Source of the DNA: Spirochaetia bacterium
GTDB taxonomy: Bacteria; Spirochaetota; Spirochaetia; SZUA-6; Bin103
Assembly (NCBI GenBank): GCA_965199955.1
Contig: CBDATQ010000001.1
Location: 1,696,001 to 1,760,000 of the forward strand
DNA: 64,000 nt
Direction of reading: 5' to 3'
Part shown: in pieces, positions 49,056 through 58,555 of the stretch
Position numbering within the stretch: position 1 is the stretch's first letter
Layout of the letters: each line of letters starts with the position of its first letter
The notes under the pieces: generated by a model
Told to the model about the DNA's origin: nothing
Databases searched by the model: none
What the model saw: only the letters and a program-made list of their open reading frames with translations
Made by a program: the position numbers and the translations under genes

Positions 49056-50672
49056 TTACAGCGTGGCCTGCAGGATCGACGTGATCTCGGCCAGGCCGAT
49101 CTTGACCAGGTCGTTCACGTAGGCGTCCCAGTCGCTGTCCAGGTCGCGCTCTCCGGTCACGAACAGGGCGGCCTGCTGCTCGACGAAGGTGCGCAGCTCC
49201 GCGGAGATCTGCGCCACCCGGCGGGCGTCGTCCGGAGCCAGGTAGATGAAGTCCGAGAACATGCTGATGCCGGTCGCGTCCTTGACCGGCTCGTACACGT
49301 CCCTGGTGGACACGTTCAGGAGCCGCTCCAGCACGTTCACCTCGCCTTCGAAACCGATGCCGAAGCCGAAGTCCGGGGTCGGGAAGAAGACCGGGAACTC
49401 CCACTTGACGTCTCCGGTCCCAGGGCGCTCCAGGGCCACGACCGCGGCCTGCCCGCCCAGCACGTTCTCCTCGCCCGCTTCGGCCTTGCGCCACAGGTTG
49501 GCGCCGTGGGTGACGTGGTTGGAGCCCTCGAACGAGAAGGCCCAGTTCATGATCTGCATGGCGACGTCGATCTCCGCGTCACCGGCCTTGTCGGTGATGG
49601 AGAAGGTACCGGCCTCACCGCCCAGGCGGCGGGTGCCGAACGGATAGCCGGCCGCCGTCCGGATCCCGGTGGGTCCCCGCAGCGGCGGAAGCGGCGAGTA
49701 GTCCTCGGCCCGCGGGTTGCCCCCGCCGAACGCGACCATCGGGCCGCCGGCCGGGAAGGAGCCGATGACGACGTCCTTGGGATCGTCGCTGGATCCGCCC
49801 ATGGCGCTGAGCTGGTCGCCGGTCTGCACGAAGGCGTTGAGGTCGAGCGACCCTTCCTCGAACAGCCCGTTCATGAAGCGCAGCGCGTCACGCCAGCGGC
49901 CGTCGGCGTACGGGAAGTAGATTCGGTTGCCGTCCACACCGAACAGTTTGGTGCCGGAACCGGCGGCGACGTAGGGGACGAACGCCTGGCCGATGAAGTA
50001 GATCGGGTTGGTGTACCACCCGTTGGTCGCGCCGGTGAGCGGCACCTCGTCCTGCTGGCCGTTGCCGTTGGGATCCTGGGTCTTGAACGCGCGCAGCACG
50101 TCCGCGTACTCATCCGGCGTCGCCGGCATCTCCAGTCCCAGCTCGTCCAGCCACGCATGGTTGATCCAGAACTTCTGATAGATCGAGCAGTGGTAGCAGC
50201 CACCCGAGCCGCCGCCGGTCAGGACGTAGATGTTGCCGTCCGGAGCGGTGATCTCCTGCCGCAGCTTCGGGAACTCCCGGAACCCGCTCAGGATGTCCGG
50301 GGTGCTCTCCTCCGTCAGATAGGAGTTGAGCGGGATCAGGACCTTGCCCTCGACCCCGAACTCCAGCTCGTCGGCCGGCACGAACGGGGCGTTCATGAAG
50401 ACCGAGGGATACCTGCCGCTGGTCAGCAGCAGCGTGATCTGCTGCTTGGCGCCCTCCAGCGGGATGACGATGAAGTCGAACTCGACGTTGAACGTCTCTT
50501 CGATCAGGTCGGTGAGCCGGTTGTCCTCGATGGACGCGATCCAGGGCGGTTGCGTCGCGGCAGCGCTGAGCACGACGGGTCCGCCGCCTTCCGATTCGGC
50601 CTCCGTGGTCGCGGTCGCGAACAGCAGGGCCGCGACCGACAACAGCACTGGAACGAGAAAGAGCCTCTTCAT
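49056..50672 (-). CDS. Extracellular solute-binding protein (LplA-like)
   Basis: Signal peptide MKRLFL, APDGNIY, WIN..WL..LGL.MP.T, DPNGNG..DE.P, W..YV. Confidence 0.9.
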   Translation of the reverse strand: MKRLFLVPVLLSVAALLFATATTEAESEGGGPVVLSAAATQPPWIASIEDNRLTDLIEETFNVEFDFIVIPLEGAKQQITLLLTSGRYPSVFMNAPFVPADELEFGVEGKVLIPLNSYLTEESTPDILSGFREFPKLRQEITAPDGNIYVLTGGGSGGCYHCSIYQKFWINHAWLDELGLEMPATPDEYADVLRAFKTQDPNGNGQQDEVPLTGATNGWYTNPIYFIGQAFVPYVAAGSGTKLFGVDGNRIYFPYADGRWRDALRFMNGLFEEGSLDLNAFVQTGDQLSAMGGSSDDPKDVVIGSFPAGGPMVAFGGGNPRAEDYSPLPPLRGPTGIRTAAGYPFGTRRLGGEAGTFSITDKAGDAEIDVAMQIMNWAFSFEGSNHVTHGANLWRKAEAGEENVLGGQAAVVALERPGTGDVKWEFPVFFPTPDFGFGIGFEGEVNVLERLLNVSTRDVYEPVKDATGISMFSDFIYLAPDDARRVAQISAELRTFVEQQAALFVTGERDLDSDWDAYVNDLVKIGLAEITSILQATL

Positions 50673-50847
50673 GGGAATACTCCTGTGTGATGGAAAGAGA
50701 TGTTGGACGGACTGTCTCCTGGAGGGCACCCTCCGAAACCGATCCGTCCAAAACGGTGTCACACCGCGGCTGCGTGCGCAACCGCAATGACCGCAGCCAG
50801 CCTTGCCGCTGACGCCGCGAATCCGACAGACTCCGCAGCGCAGCCCG

Positions 50848-52332
50848 ATGCCATCGACCCGCTACGAACCGACTTGGCGCAGCCTGCGCGAGCACCCGAC
50901 GCCGCAGTGGTTCCGCGACGCCAAGTTCGGGATCTACACCCACTGGGGAGTCTACTCGGTGCCGGGATTCGGCAGCTCGGGCGCCGCCAGCAACGCCACC
51001 TGGTACCCGCACCGCATGTACGTGGACGGAAGCCCGCACCAGCGGCACCACCTCGCCACCTACGGTCCCTTGGACCGGTTCGGCTACAAGGACTTCATCC
51101 CCTTGTTCACGGCTCCGAAGTTCGACCCCGAAGAGTGGGCGGAGCTGTTCAACGCCGCCGGCGCGCGCTTCGCCGGCCCGGTGGGCGAGCATCACGACGG
51201 CTTCTCGCTGTGGGCGACCGCCCGCACCGAATGGCACGCCGGCCGCCTCGGCCCGAAGCGTGACGTCGTCGCGGCGCTGGAGCGGTCGATCCGCGCGGCC
51301 GGGATGCGCTACCTGGTCGCCCTGCACCACGCCGAGCACTGGTGGTTCTACCCGCACTGGCGGCGGGACTACGACACCGGAGCCCCGGACGCGTCGAGCC
51401 TCTACGGCGAGCGGCACAACCCGGAGTTCGCCGACGGCGTACCGGTGGTCGACTTCGAGCGCTCGCCCGGCGACCTGATGGCACACTGGTGGGTGCAGGA
51501 TCAGCCGAGCGCGGCGTTCTGCGACCAGTGGATGGGCAAGACCCGCGAGGTGATCGACCGCTTCAACCCGGACCTGCTGTGGTTCGACTTCGGCATCAAC
51601 TGGATCCGCGAGCGTTACCTCCTCGACCTGCTGGCCTACTACTACAACCGGGCGGTCGACTGGGGCAGGGAGGTGGCGGTCACCTACAAGCACCACCACC
51701 TGGTGCCGGGCAGCGCCGTGGTCGACCTGGAGCTGGGCCGCTTCGCCGGCCTCACGTACCACGACTGGCTGACCGACACCTCGATCGACGCGCAGGGCAT
51801 GTGGGCCCACGTGGAGGGCGTGCCGTTCAAGACGGCCGCGCAGATCGTCCACAACCTGGTCGACAACGTGGCCAAGAACGGCTACCTGCTGCTCAACGTC
51901 GGCCCGCGCGCGGACGGCAGCATCCCGGAGGAGGCGCAGCAGGTACTGCGCGGCATCGGCCGCTGGCTTGCCATCAACGGCGAGGCGATCTTCGACACCA
52001 CGCCCTGGAAGCTGTTCGGCGAGGGCCCGAACACCGTGACCGGCGGCGACCGCATCAGCGAGAAGCGGAGCTCCATCAGTTACACGGGCGAAGACGTCCG
52101 CTACACCTGCAAGGGGAACGCGCTATACGCCACCTGCCTTGGACGGACCGCCGGCGAGGTGGTCCTGTGCAACGCGGCCGAGTACCTGCATCCCGGCGAG
52201 GTGGCCGCCGTGGCCGCGCTCGGCTCCGACGAGCCGCTGGCGTTCAAGCAGACGCGCCGCGAGCTGCGCATCCGCGCCCCGCGGCAGGCTCCGGCGGACG
52301 AGGCGGTGGCGTTCAGGATCACCCGGCGCTGA
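50848..52332 (+). CDS. Alpha-L-fucosidase (GH29)
   Basis: WFRDAKFGIYTHWG.YSVP, EHHDGF, DLLWFD, KNG.LLLNVGP..DG, NGEAI..T.PW. Confidence 0.92.
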   Translation: MPSTRYEPTWRSLREHPTPQWFRDAKFGIYTHWGVYSVPGFGSSGAASNATWYPHRMYVDGSPHQRHHLATYGPLDRFGYKDFIPLFTAPKFDPEEWAELFNAAGARFAGPVGEHHDGFSLWATARTEWHAGRLGPKRDVVAALERSIRAAGMRYLVALHHAEHWWFYPHWRRDYDTGAPDASSLYGERHNPEFADGVPVVDFERSPGDLMAHWWVQDQPSAAFCDQWMGKTREVIDRFNPDLLWFDFGINWIRERYLLDLLAYYYNRAVDWGREVAVTYKHHHLVPGSAVVDLELGRFAGLTYHDWLTDTSIDAQGMWAHVEGVPFKTAAQIVHNLVDNVAKNGYLLLNVGPRADGSIPEEAQQVLRGIGRWLAINGEAIFDTTPWKLFGEGPNTVTGGDRISEKRSSISYTGEDVRYTCKGNALYATCLGRTAGEVVLCNAAEYLHPGEVAAVAALGSDEPLAFKQTRRELRIRAPRQAPADEAVAFRITRR

Positions 52333-52427
52333 CGGCGCCGGAGCCGTGGCATAGTCGCGCCATGGACACCCCCAGTACCGGGAACGCAGGCCGACGCCGC
52401 CTCGGGCTCAGGCCAGAACCCGGTCTC

Positions 52428-52641
52428 ATGGGGCTACGGGCAGGCGCCGGTGTCCCTGGAAGAGTTCTACGAGCGGCTGGAAGGCCTGGTGCGGGCCGTG
52501 ACGGCGCACGGCCACATCTGCGGCTGGTGCTACACGCGACTCACCGACGTCGAGCAGGAGCGGAACGGGATCTACTTCCACGACCGCTCGGGGAAGTTCG
52601 ACATGGAGCGCATCAGGCGGATCTTCTCGATCGCGCCGTAG
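52428..52641 (+). pseudogene. GH2-type glycosidase, C-terminal remnant
   Basis: WGYG...EEF, GWCYT.LTDVEQE.NG...DR..K; the remainder is absent. Confidence 0.65.
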
Positions 52642-52645
52642 CCGG

Positions 52646-53407
52646 TCAGTCGGACGAGCGACGCTCCTTCCACGCCTCGTACTCGGCCTGTGCGTCGCCG
52701 GTGAGCGGGTAGTAGCGGCGCAGGTCGCCGCCCTCGCTCAGGCGCTCGCGGCTGAAGTCCTCCCACTCGGCGTGCTCGTTGGCGCGCTCTGCGAGTTCTT
52801 CGGCCATCTGGATCGGCACCACCACCGCGCCGTCGTCGTCGGCGACGATCAGGTCGCCCGGCATCACCAGCGTGTCGCCGCAGGCGATCGGCACGTTGAC
52901 CGCGAACGGGACGATGTCGGTCTGGGTGTGGAAGTTCGGCGTCGTGCCGCGCAGCCACAGGCCGAGGCCGAGCGTGCGCGCCAGCGGGAAGTCCCGGATG
53001 CAGCCGTCGACTACCGCCCCGATGCCGCCGCGGCCCTTGAAGAACGTGAGCATCATCTCCCCGAACACGCCGCTCTGCAGGTCGCCGCGGGCGTCCACGA
53101 CCACCACGTCGCCCGGCTGCGCGTGGTACAGGCAGTGACGGTGGAGTTGCTGCTCCGGATCGTCGTAGGCACCCTTGGCGTACTGGTCTTCGCGCTTGGG
53201 CATGAACTGCAGCGTCAGGGCGGGGCCGAGGACCCGCGCGCCGGGCGTGCGCGGAGTCGGGCCGCGCAGGTAGGGGTCGCGGATGCCCAGCTCGTTGAGG
53301 TCGCCGGCGGCGGTCGCCGCCGAAACGCCGGCGAAACGTTCGATGAGCGCGCGCGGCGGGCGCTCGATGTCCGGCGTGCGGCCGGGGATGCGGGGGTCGG
53401 TGTCCAT
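52646..53407 (-). CDS. RraA-family / HMG-aldolase-like protein
   Basis: GPALTL.F.P, VVDA.G, GEM, DG.IRD, PGD..VAD.DG.VV.P. Confidence 0.88.
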   Translation of the reverse strand: MDTDPRIPGRTPDIERPPRALIERFAGVSAATAAGDLNELGIRDPYLRGPTPRTPGARVLGPALTLQFMPKREDQYAKGAYDDPEQQLHRHCLYHAQPGDVVVVDARGDLQSGVFGEMMLTFFKGRGGIGAVVDGCIRDFPLARTLGLGLWLRGTTPNFHTQTDIVPFAVNVPIACGDTLVMPGDLIVADDDGAVVVPIQMAEELAERANEHAEWEDFSRERLSEGGDLRRYYPLTGDAQAEYEAWKERRSSD

Positions 53408-53416
53408 GGCTCGGCC

Positions 53417-54271
53417 TCAATGGTAGCCGCGTTCCAGGGGCCGATCGGTCTCCGGGAACAGCGACGGAAAGTGCCGGTGCGGGTCGGCCGGCTCGCGGAA
53501 CAGGATCTGCTGCTGCTCGGTGAGCTCCGTGGCGGGCGGCGGCGCCACCCGGTTGGCGGTCCAGGCGACGTGCGACACGCAGTACTTGTACAGCAGCGAG
53601 CGGCGCTCGTGGGGGCCGCTCCACGCTGCGGTGCCGTGCGTCAGCGCTTCCGTGAACAGCACCGCGGAGCCTGCCGGCACCTCCGGTACCACCACGAACG
53701 GGCAGTCTTCCGGTGAATCGGCGATCCGCTCCGGCAGCCGGAAGTGGCTCTTGTGGCTGCCGGGGATGCAGCAGAAGCCGCCATGCTCGGGCCCGGCGTC
53801 GGTGAGGTTGAAGGCGACCACCACGAACCCTTCGGCGATCCGGTTCTCCCGGAACGGGAAGTAACTTCCGGGCGAGGCTCCGCCGACCGGAGCGCTGGCG
53901 CCGTAGTCGGCATGCAATACCCCGCGCGACATCCCCGGCCGCATGCAGATGCCGTAGATGCGGTCCAGGCGAAAGCAGTCGCCGAGCCGGAAGCGCAGGA
54001 CCGGCATGATCCGCGGGTGGGTGAGCAGGGCGCAGAACGGGTCGCCCCACTCCAGGAACCCCGACCCCGACGGCGCGGCGCCGAAGCGGACCATGTGGTC
54101 GCCGAGCACTTCGCCCTCGGCCGCCAGCCGCTCGTCTACCATCTGTTTGAGCGCCGCCACCTCGTCCGGGGCGAGCACGTCCCTCACCACGAGATAGCCG
54201 TTGAGGTCGAACAGGTACTCCTGGAGCTGCAGCTCCTCCGAAGACCCCGCGTCGTTACGCCGATCCCGCAT
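53417..54271 (-). CDS. Phytanoyl-CoA dioxygenase (PhyH) family protein
   Basis: FDLNGY, LHAD (HxD), GG...PGSHK, FTEAL.HG, R..L.KY. Confidence 0.85.
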   Translation of the reverse strand: MRDRRNDAGSSEELQLQEYLFDLNGYLVVRDVLAPDEVAALKQMVDERLAAEGEVLGDHMVRFGAAPSGSGFLEWGDPFCALLTHPRIMPVLRFRLGDCFRLDRIYGICMRPGMSRGVLHADYGASAPVGGASPGSYFPFRENRIAEGFVVVAFNLTDAGPEHGGFCCIPGSHKSHFRLPERIADSPEDCPFVVVPEVPAGSAVLFTEALTHGTAAWSGPHERRSLLYKYCVSHVAWTANRVAPPPATELTEQQQILFREPADPHRHFPSLFPETDRPLERGYH

Positions 54272-54289
54272 CGCCGTCCTCCGTGCCTC

Positions 54290-55087
54290 TCAGGTGCCGG
54301 GCACCGGGATGGTGCTCATCATGCCGCCGTCGACGTCGAGCGCCGATCCCGTGATGAACGCCGCCTCGTCGCTGAGGAAGAAGAGGATCGTCTGCACGAT
54401 GTCAGCCTCGGTGGCGTTGCGGCCGAGCGGGATGCCGGCGGCCGTGGCATCGCGGATCTCCTTCGCGGCCGAGCCGGTGGCGTCCATCTTCCACTGCAGG
54501 ACCTGCTGCCCCATGCCGGTGGTGGGCACGCCGACCGGGCAGACGCAGTTCACGGTGACCTTGCCGGGCGCCAGCTCCCCGGCCAGCGCCCTGGTGAGCC
54601 CGAGCACGCCGTGCTTGGCCGCGCAGTAGTGGGGGATCATCGGGAAGCCGACGTGCGAGGCGTCCGAGCCGATGGTGACGATCCGGCCGCGGCCGCTCGC
54701 GGTCAGGTGCGGCGCCGCCGCCTGTGAGCACAGGAACGTGCCCTTCAGGTCGACGTCGATGGTACGGTCCCAGTCCTCCTCGCCGATCTCCGCGAGCGGC
54801 GCCAGGTGGATGATGCCGGCGCAGTTGACCAGGCAGTCGAGGCCGCCGTGGGCGGCCACGTGCGCTTTCACCGCGGCCCGAACGGAGGCTGGCCGGGTGA
54901 CGTCCAGTTCGACCACGTGCAGACCGTCCCGCGGGAGCGCGGCACGCGCCGTGTCGAGCTGCCGGCGGTCGATGTCGGCGATCGTCACCCGCTCGCCGCG
55001 CCCGAGCAGCGCCCGGGCCGTGGCCAGCCCGAAGCCGTTGGCGCCGCCGGTGATCAGCGCGCTGCGCGGCGGCGGGTCGTCCGTCAC
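54290..55087 (-). CDS. SDR oxidoreductase
   Basis: TGGANGFG, NCAG, YCAAK, VDGG. Confidence 0.92.
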   Translation of the reverse strand: MTDDPPPRSALITGGANGFGLATARALLGRGERVTIADIDRRQLDTARAALPRDGLHVVELDVTRPASVRAAVKAHVAAHGGLDCLVNCAGIIHLAPLAEIGEEDWDRTIDVDLKGTFLCSQAAAPHLTASGRGRIVTIGSDASHVGFPMIPHYCAAKHGVLGLTRALAGELAPGKVTVNCVCPVGVPTTGMGQQVLQWKMDATGSAAKEIRDATAAGIPLGRNATEADIVQTILFFLSDEAAFITGSALDVDGGMMSTIPVPGT

Positions 55088-56526
55088 AGGCCGAGGTCCG
55101 CGAGCAGCTCGCCGAAGCCGGCCACCAGGGTGTCGACCGCGTCCTCGGCGGGCGGCGCCGGCAGGTCGTAGGTGCGTACCGCCGAGGAGACGGACATGCC
55201 GCCCTGGCGCACGGTCTGCGCCGTGGGCACGTAGCCGAGCACGCCGTTGACGTAGCCGGCGAACATGGTGTGCGCAGCCTGCGAGCGTTGCTTGGCGCCC
55301 AGGCCGATTTCCACGAACGGCTCGCCCTGCATGCCGAGCAGCACGAAGTCGTCGATCCGGTGGCCGATCAGGTCGTAGTCCACCGAGCACCGCGTCTCGC
55401 CCGCGCGGACCCGGTCCAGGACGGTGTGCGCCCAATAGACCTCGATCTCCTGCGGAGCGGTGAGCACCGTGGAGGCGCCCTCGTCGCGCAGCGCCTGCAG
55501 CCGCTCTTCGGCGGCCGCGGCCTGTTGCTCGGCTTCCTCCAGGGGCGGCAGCGGCTGCAGCGCCACCGTCCCCTTGCGCTCGGCGCTGCGCAGGATCCGG
55601 TGCGTCGGGCCGTCGAAGAACTCCTTGTGGTAGAGCGCGATGGAGGAGAGCGAGGTGCCTTCCTCGCGGACCTCGCGGTGCGGCCGGGTCTCGATCCCGT
55701 AGTACGCCTGCAGCGCGCCGGCCGCCACCTGGCCGCCGATGCGTTCCTTTTCGCCCCAGTCGCTCTGCAGGAACGACAGGCACGCCTGGTTGCCGGCGGC
55801 GCCGGTCAGGTACAGGCAGGTGGCGCCGGTGGCGCCTTCGACGATGCGCCGCACCGTGCCCGGAAAGTCGGGGCTGAGCTCGTAGGTCTGGTAGCCCATC
55901 ACCACGGGGTGGGCGGCGTAGCCGACGATCGCGGCGATCGGGTTGCCGGCCAGATCGTCCACGCGCAGCACGTCCACGGCATGATCGCTGACGCCGTCGG
56001 GGTTTCGCCCGACCAGCACCCGGCCGTCGGCGGCCACCTCCTCGCGGTTGACCGCCACGGCGGCGTGACCGTGGCCTCCCGCCACCCGGGCCGGCCCGCG
56101 GGCGGCGTTGGCCATGGCGCTGACGCCCACGAGCTGTTGCACCAGCACCTCGATGTAATGGTCCAGCGCCTCGACCTCGCCGTCGCGGGGCGCGACGTGG
56201 TGCGGGCCGCCCAGGCTCCCGCGCCCCGTGCAGGGGCCGTTGTGCGTGTGGGTGCAGCCGAGCGTGACGCCGGTGGTGGTCGTACCCACGCGGTCGGCGA
56301 TCTGCCGGCGGATGGTCTGGGCCAGCGGGAGGTCGAAGCCGATCAGGTCGCAGTCCAGGATGACCACCTTGTGGTCGACGTCGGCCAGCACCAGGGCGGT
56401 CGCCGTCAGCGGCTGCTCCACCCCAACGGCGCCTTCGATGCGGCGCATCGCCCCCTGCATGCGGAAGCCGAGGGGAGGGGTGATGTCGATCCGGGCGGTC
56501 CCGGCGGTCAGGGTGTTGTCGGCCAC
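55084..56526 (-). CDS. Neutral/alkaline ceramidase N-terminal-domain protein
   Basis: G.A..DITP, THTH.GP, NR, YAAHP, S.D.PG, G.AGN, GE.F, GY.P. Confidence 0.8.
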   Translation of the reverse strand: MADNTLTAGTARIDITPPLGFRMQGAMRRIEGAVGVEQPLTATALVLADVDHKVVILDCDLIGFDLPLAQTIRRQIADRVGTTTTGVTLGCTHTHNGPCTGRGSLGGPHHVAPRDGEVEALDHYIEVLVQQLVGVSAMANAARGPARVAGGHGHAAVAVNREEVAADGRVLVGRNPDGVSDHAVDVLRVDDLAGNPIAAIVGYAAHPVVMGYQTYELSPDFPGTVRRIVEGATGATCLYLTGAAGNQACLSFLQSDWGEKERIGGQVAAGALQAYYGIETRPHREVREEGTSLSSIALYHKEFFDGPTHRILRSAERKGTVALQPLPPLEEAEQQAAAAEERLQALRDEGASTVLTAPQEIEVYWAHTVLDRVRAGETRCSVDYDLIGHRIDDFVLLGMQGEPFVEIGLGAKQRSQAAHTMFAGYVNGVLGYVPTAQTVRQGGMSVSSAVRTYDLPAPPAEDAVDTLVAGFGELLADLGL

Positions 56527-56584
56527 GAACTGCTCCTGCGGGTGCCGCTGGAGCCCGGTTCGGTCCCGGCACCGCGCGCCGGCC

Positions 56585-56594
56585 ATGCTACCAT
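56585..56594. promoter_or_regulatory. Overlapping bidirectional extended -10 elements
   Basis: TGcTACCAT on + and TGgTAGCAT on -, between divergent operons. Confidence 0.5.
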
Positions 56595-56618
56595 GCGGCG
56601 AAGGGTGGGCGTTCGGCG

Positions 56619-57635
56619 GTGAGGGTGGTACTGTGCGGTGTCGGCGGGGTGGGACGCAACGTGACCCGCCTGCTGCGGGCACGCCCGGATTGCCGGATCG
56701 TGGCGGCCTGCTCGCGCAACCCCGACCTGGCCGGCCGGGACCTCGGCGAGCTGGCCGGCGGTGCGCCGCTTGGCGTCGCGGTGGCGGGCGACCTCGGCAC
56801 GGCGCTGCGTGAGCCGGCCGACCTGCTGCTGGTGGCCACCACCTCGTTCCTGGGCAAGGTGGCCGCCGACGTGCGCGCGGGGCTCGAGCGCGGCCTGAAT
56901 GTCATCACCACCGCCGAGGAGGCGGCGTTCCCGTGGATCATCGACGACGGGCTCGCCCGGGAGCTTGACGAGCTGGCGCGGGACCGCGGCGTGTCCGTGA
57001 TCGGCGTCGGGCTCAATCCCGGGTTCATCTTCGACGCGCTGCTGCTGACCGCCAGCGGCATCGCCTGGGACGTGCGGGAGATCCGCATCCGCCGCGTGGT
57101 CGACGTGTCGCGCTTCAGCGCAACGGTCCAGCGGCGGCTGGGGATCGGCTTCACCGCCGAGCGCTTCGCGGAAGGGGTCGCCGCCGGCTCCATTACCGGC
57201 CACATCGGCTTTCCGCAGTCATTCCACCTGGCGGCCCGCTGCATGGGAGTCCACATCGACCGGATCGAAAGCGGCTTCGAGCCGCTCGTCGCCGACCGGC
57301 CCCACGACGGCGAGCACCTCCGCGTGGAGCCGGGCACCACCGCCGGCTTCGTGCAGCGCTACCGCGCCATCTGCGACGGCCGGGCGTGGATGTCCGCCGA
57401 GTTCATCGCCCACGTCGAGCCGCCGGCCGCCGGCCACGAGCCGTCCGACTCGATCCGGATCGACGGCTACAACGCGCTCAACCTTTCCATCAATCCCGGC
57501 TGCCAGCCGCAGCTCGGCACCGCCGCCATGATCGCCAACGTGATGCCGCGCCTCGTGGAGGCAGGGCCGGGCTACCTGACCGTGGCCGACCTGGCGCTGC
57601 CGCACGCCCGGCCCACGGCCGGATCCTTCGAGTGA
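56619..57635 (+). CDS. 2,4-diaminopentanoate dehydrogenase / amine dehydrogenase-like (DapB-like N-terminus)
   Basis: GxGxxG, NVITTAEE, G.G.NPGF..D, GH.GF..S, T.A...N..P....A.PG. Confidence 0.8.
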   Translation: MRVVLCGVGGVGRNVTRLLRARPDCRIVAACSRNPDLAGRDLGELAGGAPLGVAVAGDLGTALREPADLLLVATTSFLGKVAADVRAGLERGLNVITTAEEAAFPWIIDDGLARELDELARDRGVSVIGVGLNPGFIFDALLLTASGIAWDVREIRIRRVVDVSRFSATVQRRLGIGFTAERFAEGVAAGSITGHIGFPQSFHLAARCMGVHIDRIESGFEPLVADRPHDGEHLRVEPGTTAGFVQRYRAICDGRAWMSAEFIAHVEPPAAGHEPSDSIRIDGYNALNLSINPGCQPQLGTAAMIANVMPRLVEAGPGYLTVADLALPHARPTAGSFE

Positions 57636-57642
57636 GGCACCG

Positions 57643-58524
57643 ATGAAGCTGGCGATCGTGCAGATGCAGAGCGTGATGGGCGAGGTGAGCCGCAACATCG
57701 ACGCCGCGCTCCGCCTGCTCGATCAGGCCGCCGCGTCGGGGGCGGAGGTGGCGCTGCTGCCCGAGTACTGGAGCACCGGCTTCTTCCCGGCCAGCCGCGA
57801 CTACCGCCGCTACGACCTGGCAGCGCCCGACGATGGGCCGGCGATGACGGCGGTCCGCAACAAGGCGGTCGAGCTGGGTCTGCACGTGGTTGCGACCATC
57901 TTCGAGCGTGACGGCAGCGACCTCTGCTACGACACCGCCATGCTGGTCCGGCCGGACGGCCGCATCGCCGGCAAGTACCGCAAGACCCACATCGGCGGCG
58001 AGCGCCACATCGTCGTCGACGGCGAGCTGGCCACCGACCTGGGCATCGAGTCCATCTACTTCCGCACGGGGATGCGCTTCCCGGTGTTCGGCATCGGCGA
58101 GTGGCGGGTCGGCATCATGCTCTGCTACGACACCTACTTCCCGGAGGCGGCGCGCTGCCTGGCGCTTGGCGGGGCCGAGGTCATCCTGGCGCCGTTCGGG
58201 ATCTCCGACACCAAGAAGACGATCTGGAGGGAGCTGCTGGCGACCCGCGCGTTCGAGAACATCGTCTACCTGGCCGCGGCCAACAACACCGGCTACGTGC
58301 CGGCCCCGGACATGCCGATCGTGATGGGCGGCCACAGCATCGCCATCGACCCGTACGGCGATGAGCTGGCGATGGCCAGCTACGACCGCGACGAGGTGCT
58401 GCGTGTCGACCTGGACCGCGACCACCTGCTGCGCGCGCGCCGCATGCACTTCATGTTCCGCGACCGGCGCCCGGAGGCGTACGGGATCATCAGCACACCC
58501 ACCGACGACATCGACCGCGGCTGA
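57643..58524 (+). CDS. Carbon-nitrogen hydrolase (nitrilase superfamily)
   Basis: Catalytic E (LLPE), K (YRKTH) and C (LCYD..FPE); DRRP. Confidence 0.9.
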   Translation: MKLAIVQMQSVMGEVSRNIDAALRLLDQAAASGAEVALLPEYWSTGFFPASRDYRRYDLAAPDDGPAMTAVRNKAVELGLHVVATIFERDGSDLCYDTAMLVRPDGRIAGKYRKTHIGGERHIVVDGELATDLGIESIYFRTGMRFPVFGIGEWRVGIMLCYDTYFPEAARCLALGGAEVILAPFGISDTKKTIWRELLATRAFENIVYLAAANNTGYVPAPDMPIVMGGHSIAIDPYGDELAMASYDRDEVLRVDLDRDHLLRARRMHFMFRDRRPEAYGIISTPTDDIDRG

Positions 58525-58555
58525 CGCTACGATCGCGTTCTCAGGAGGAAAGACG

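Noticed and set aside
54290..56572. 760-aa ORF suggesting an SDR fusion
   Set aside because: The N-terminal part is an off-frame read of the ceramidase-like gene; the SDR starts at the GTG at 55087.
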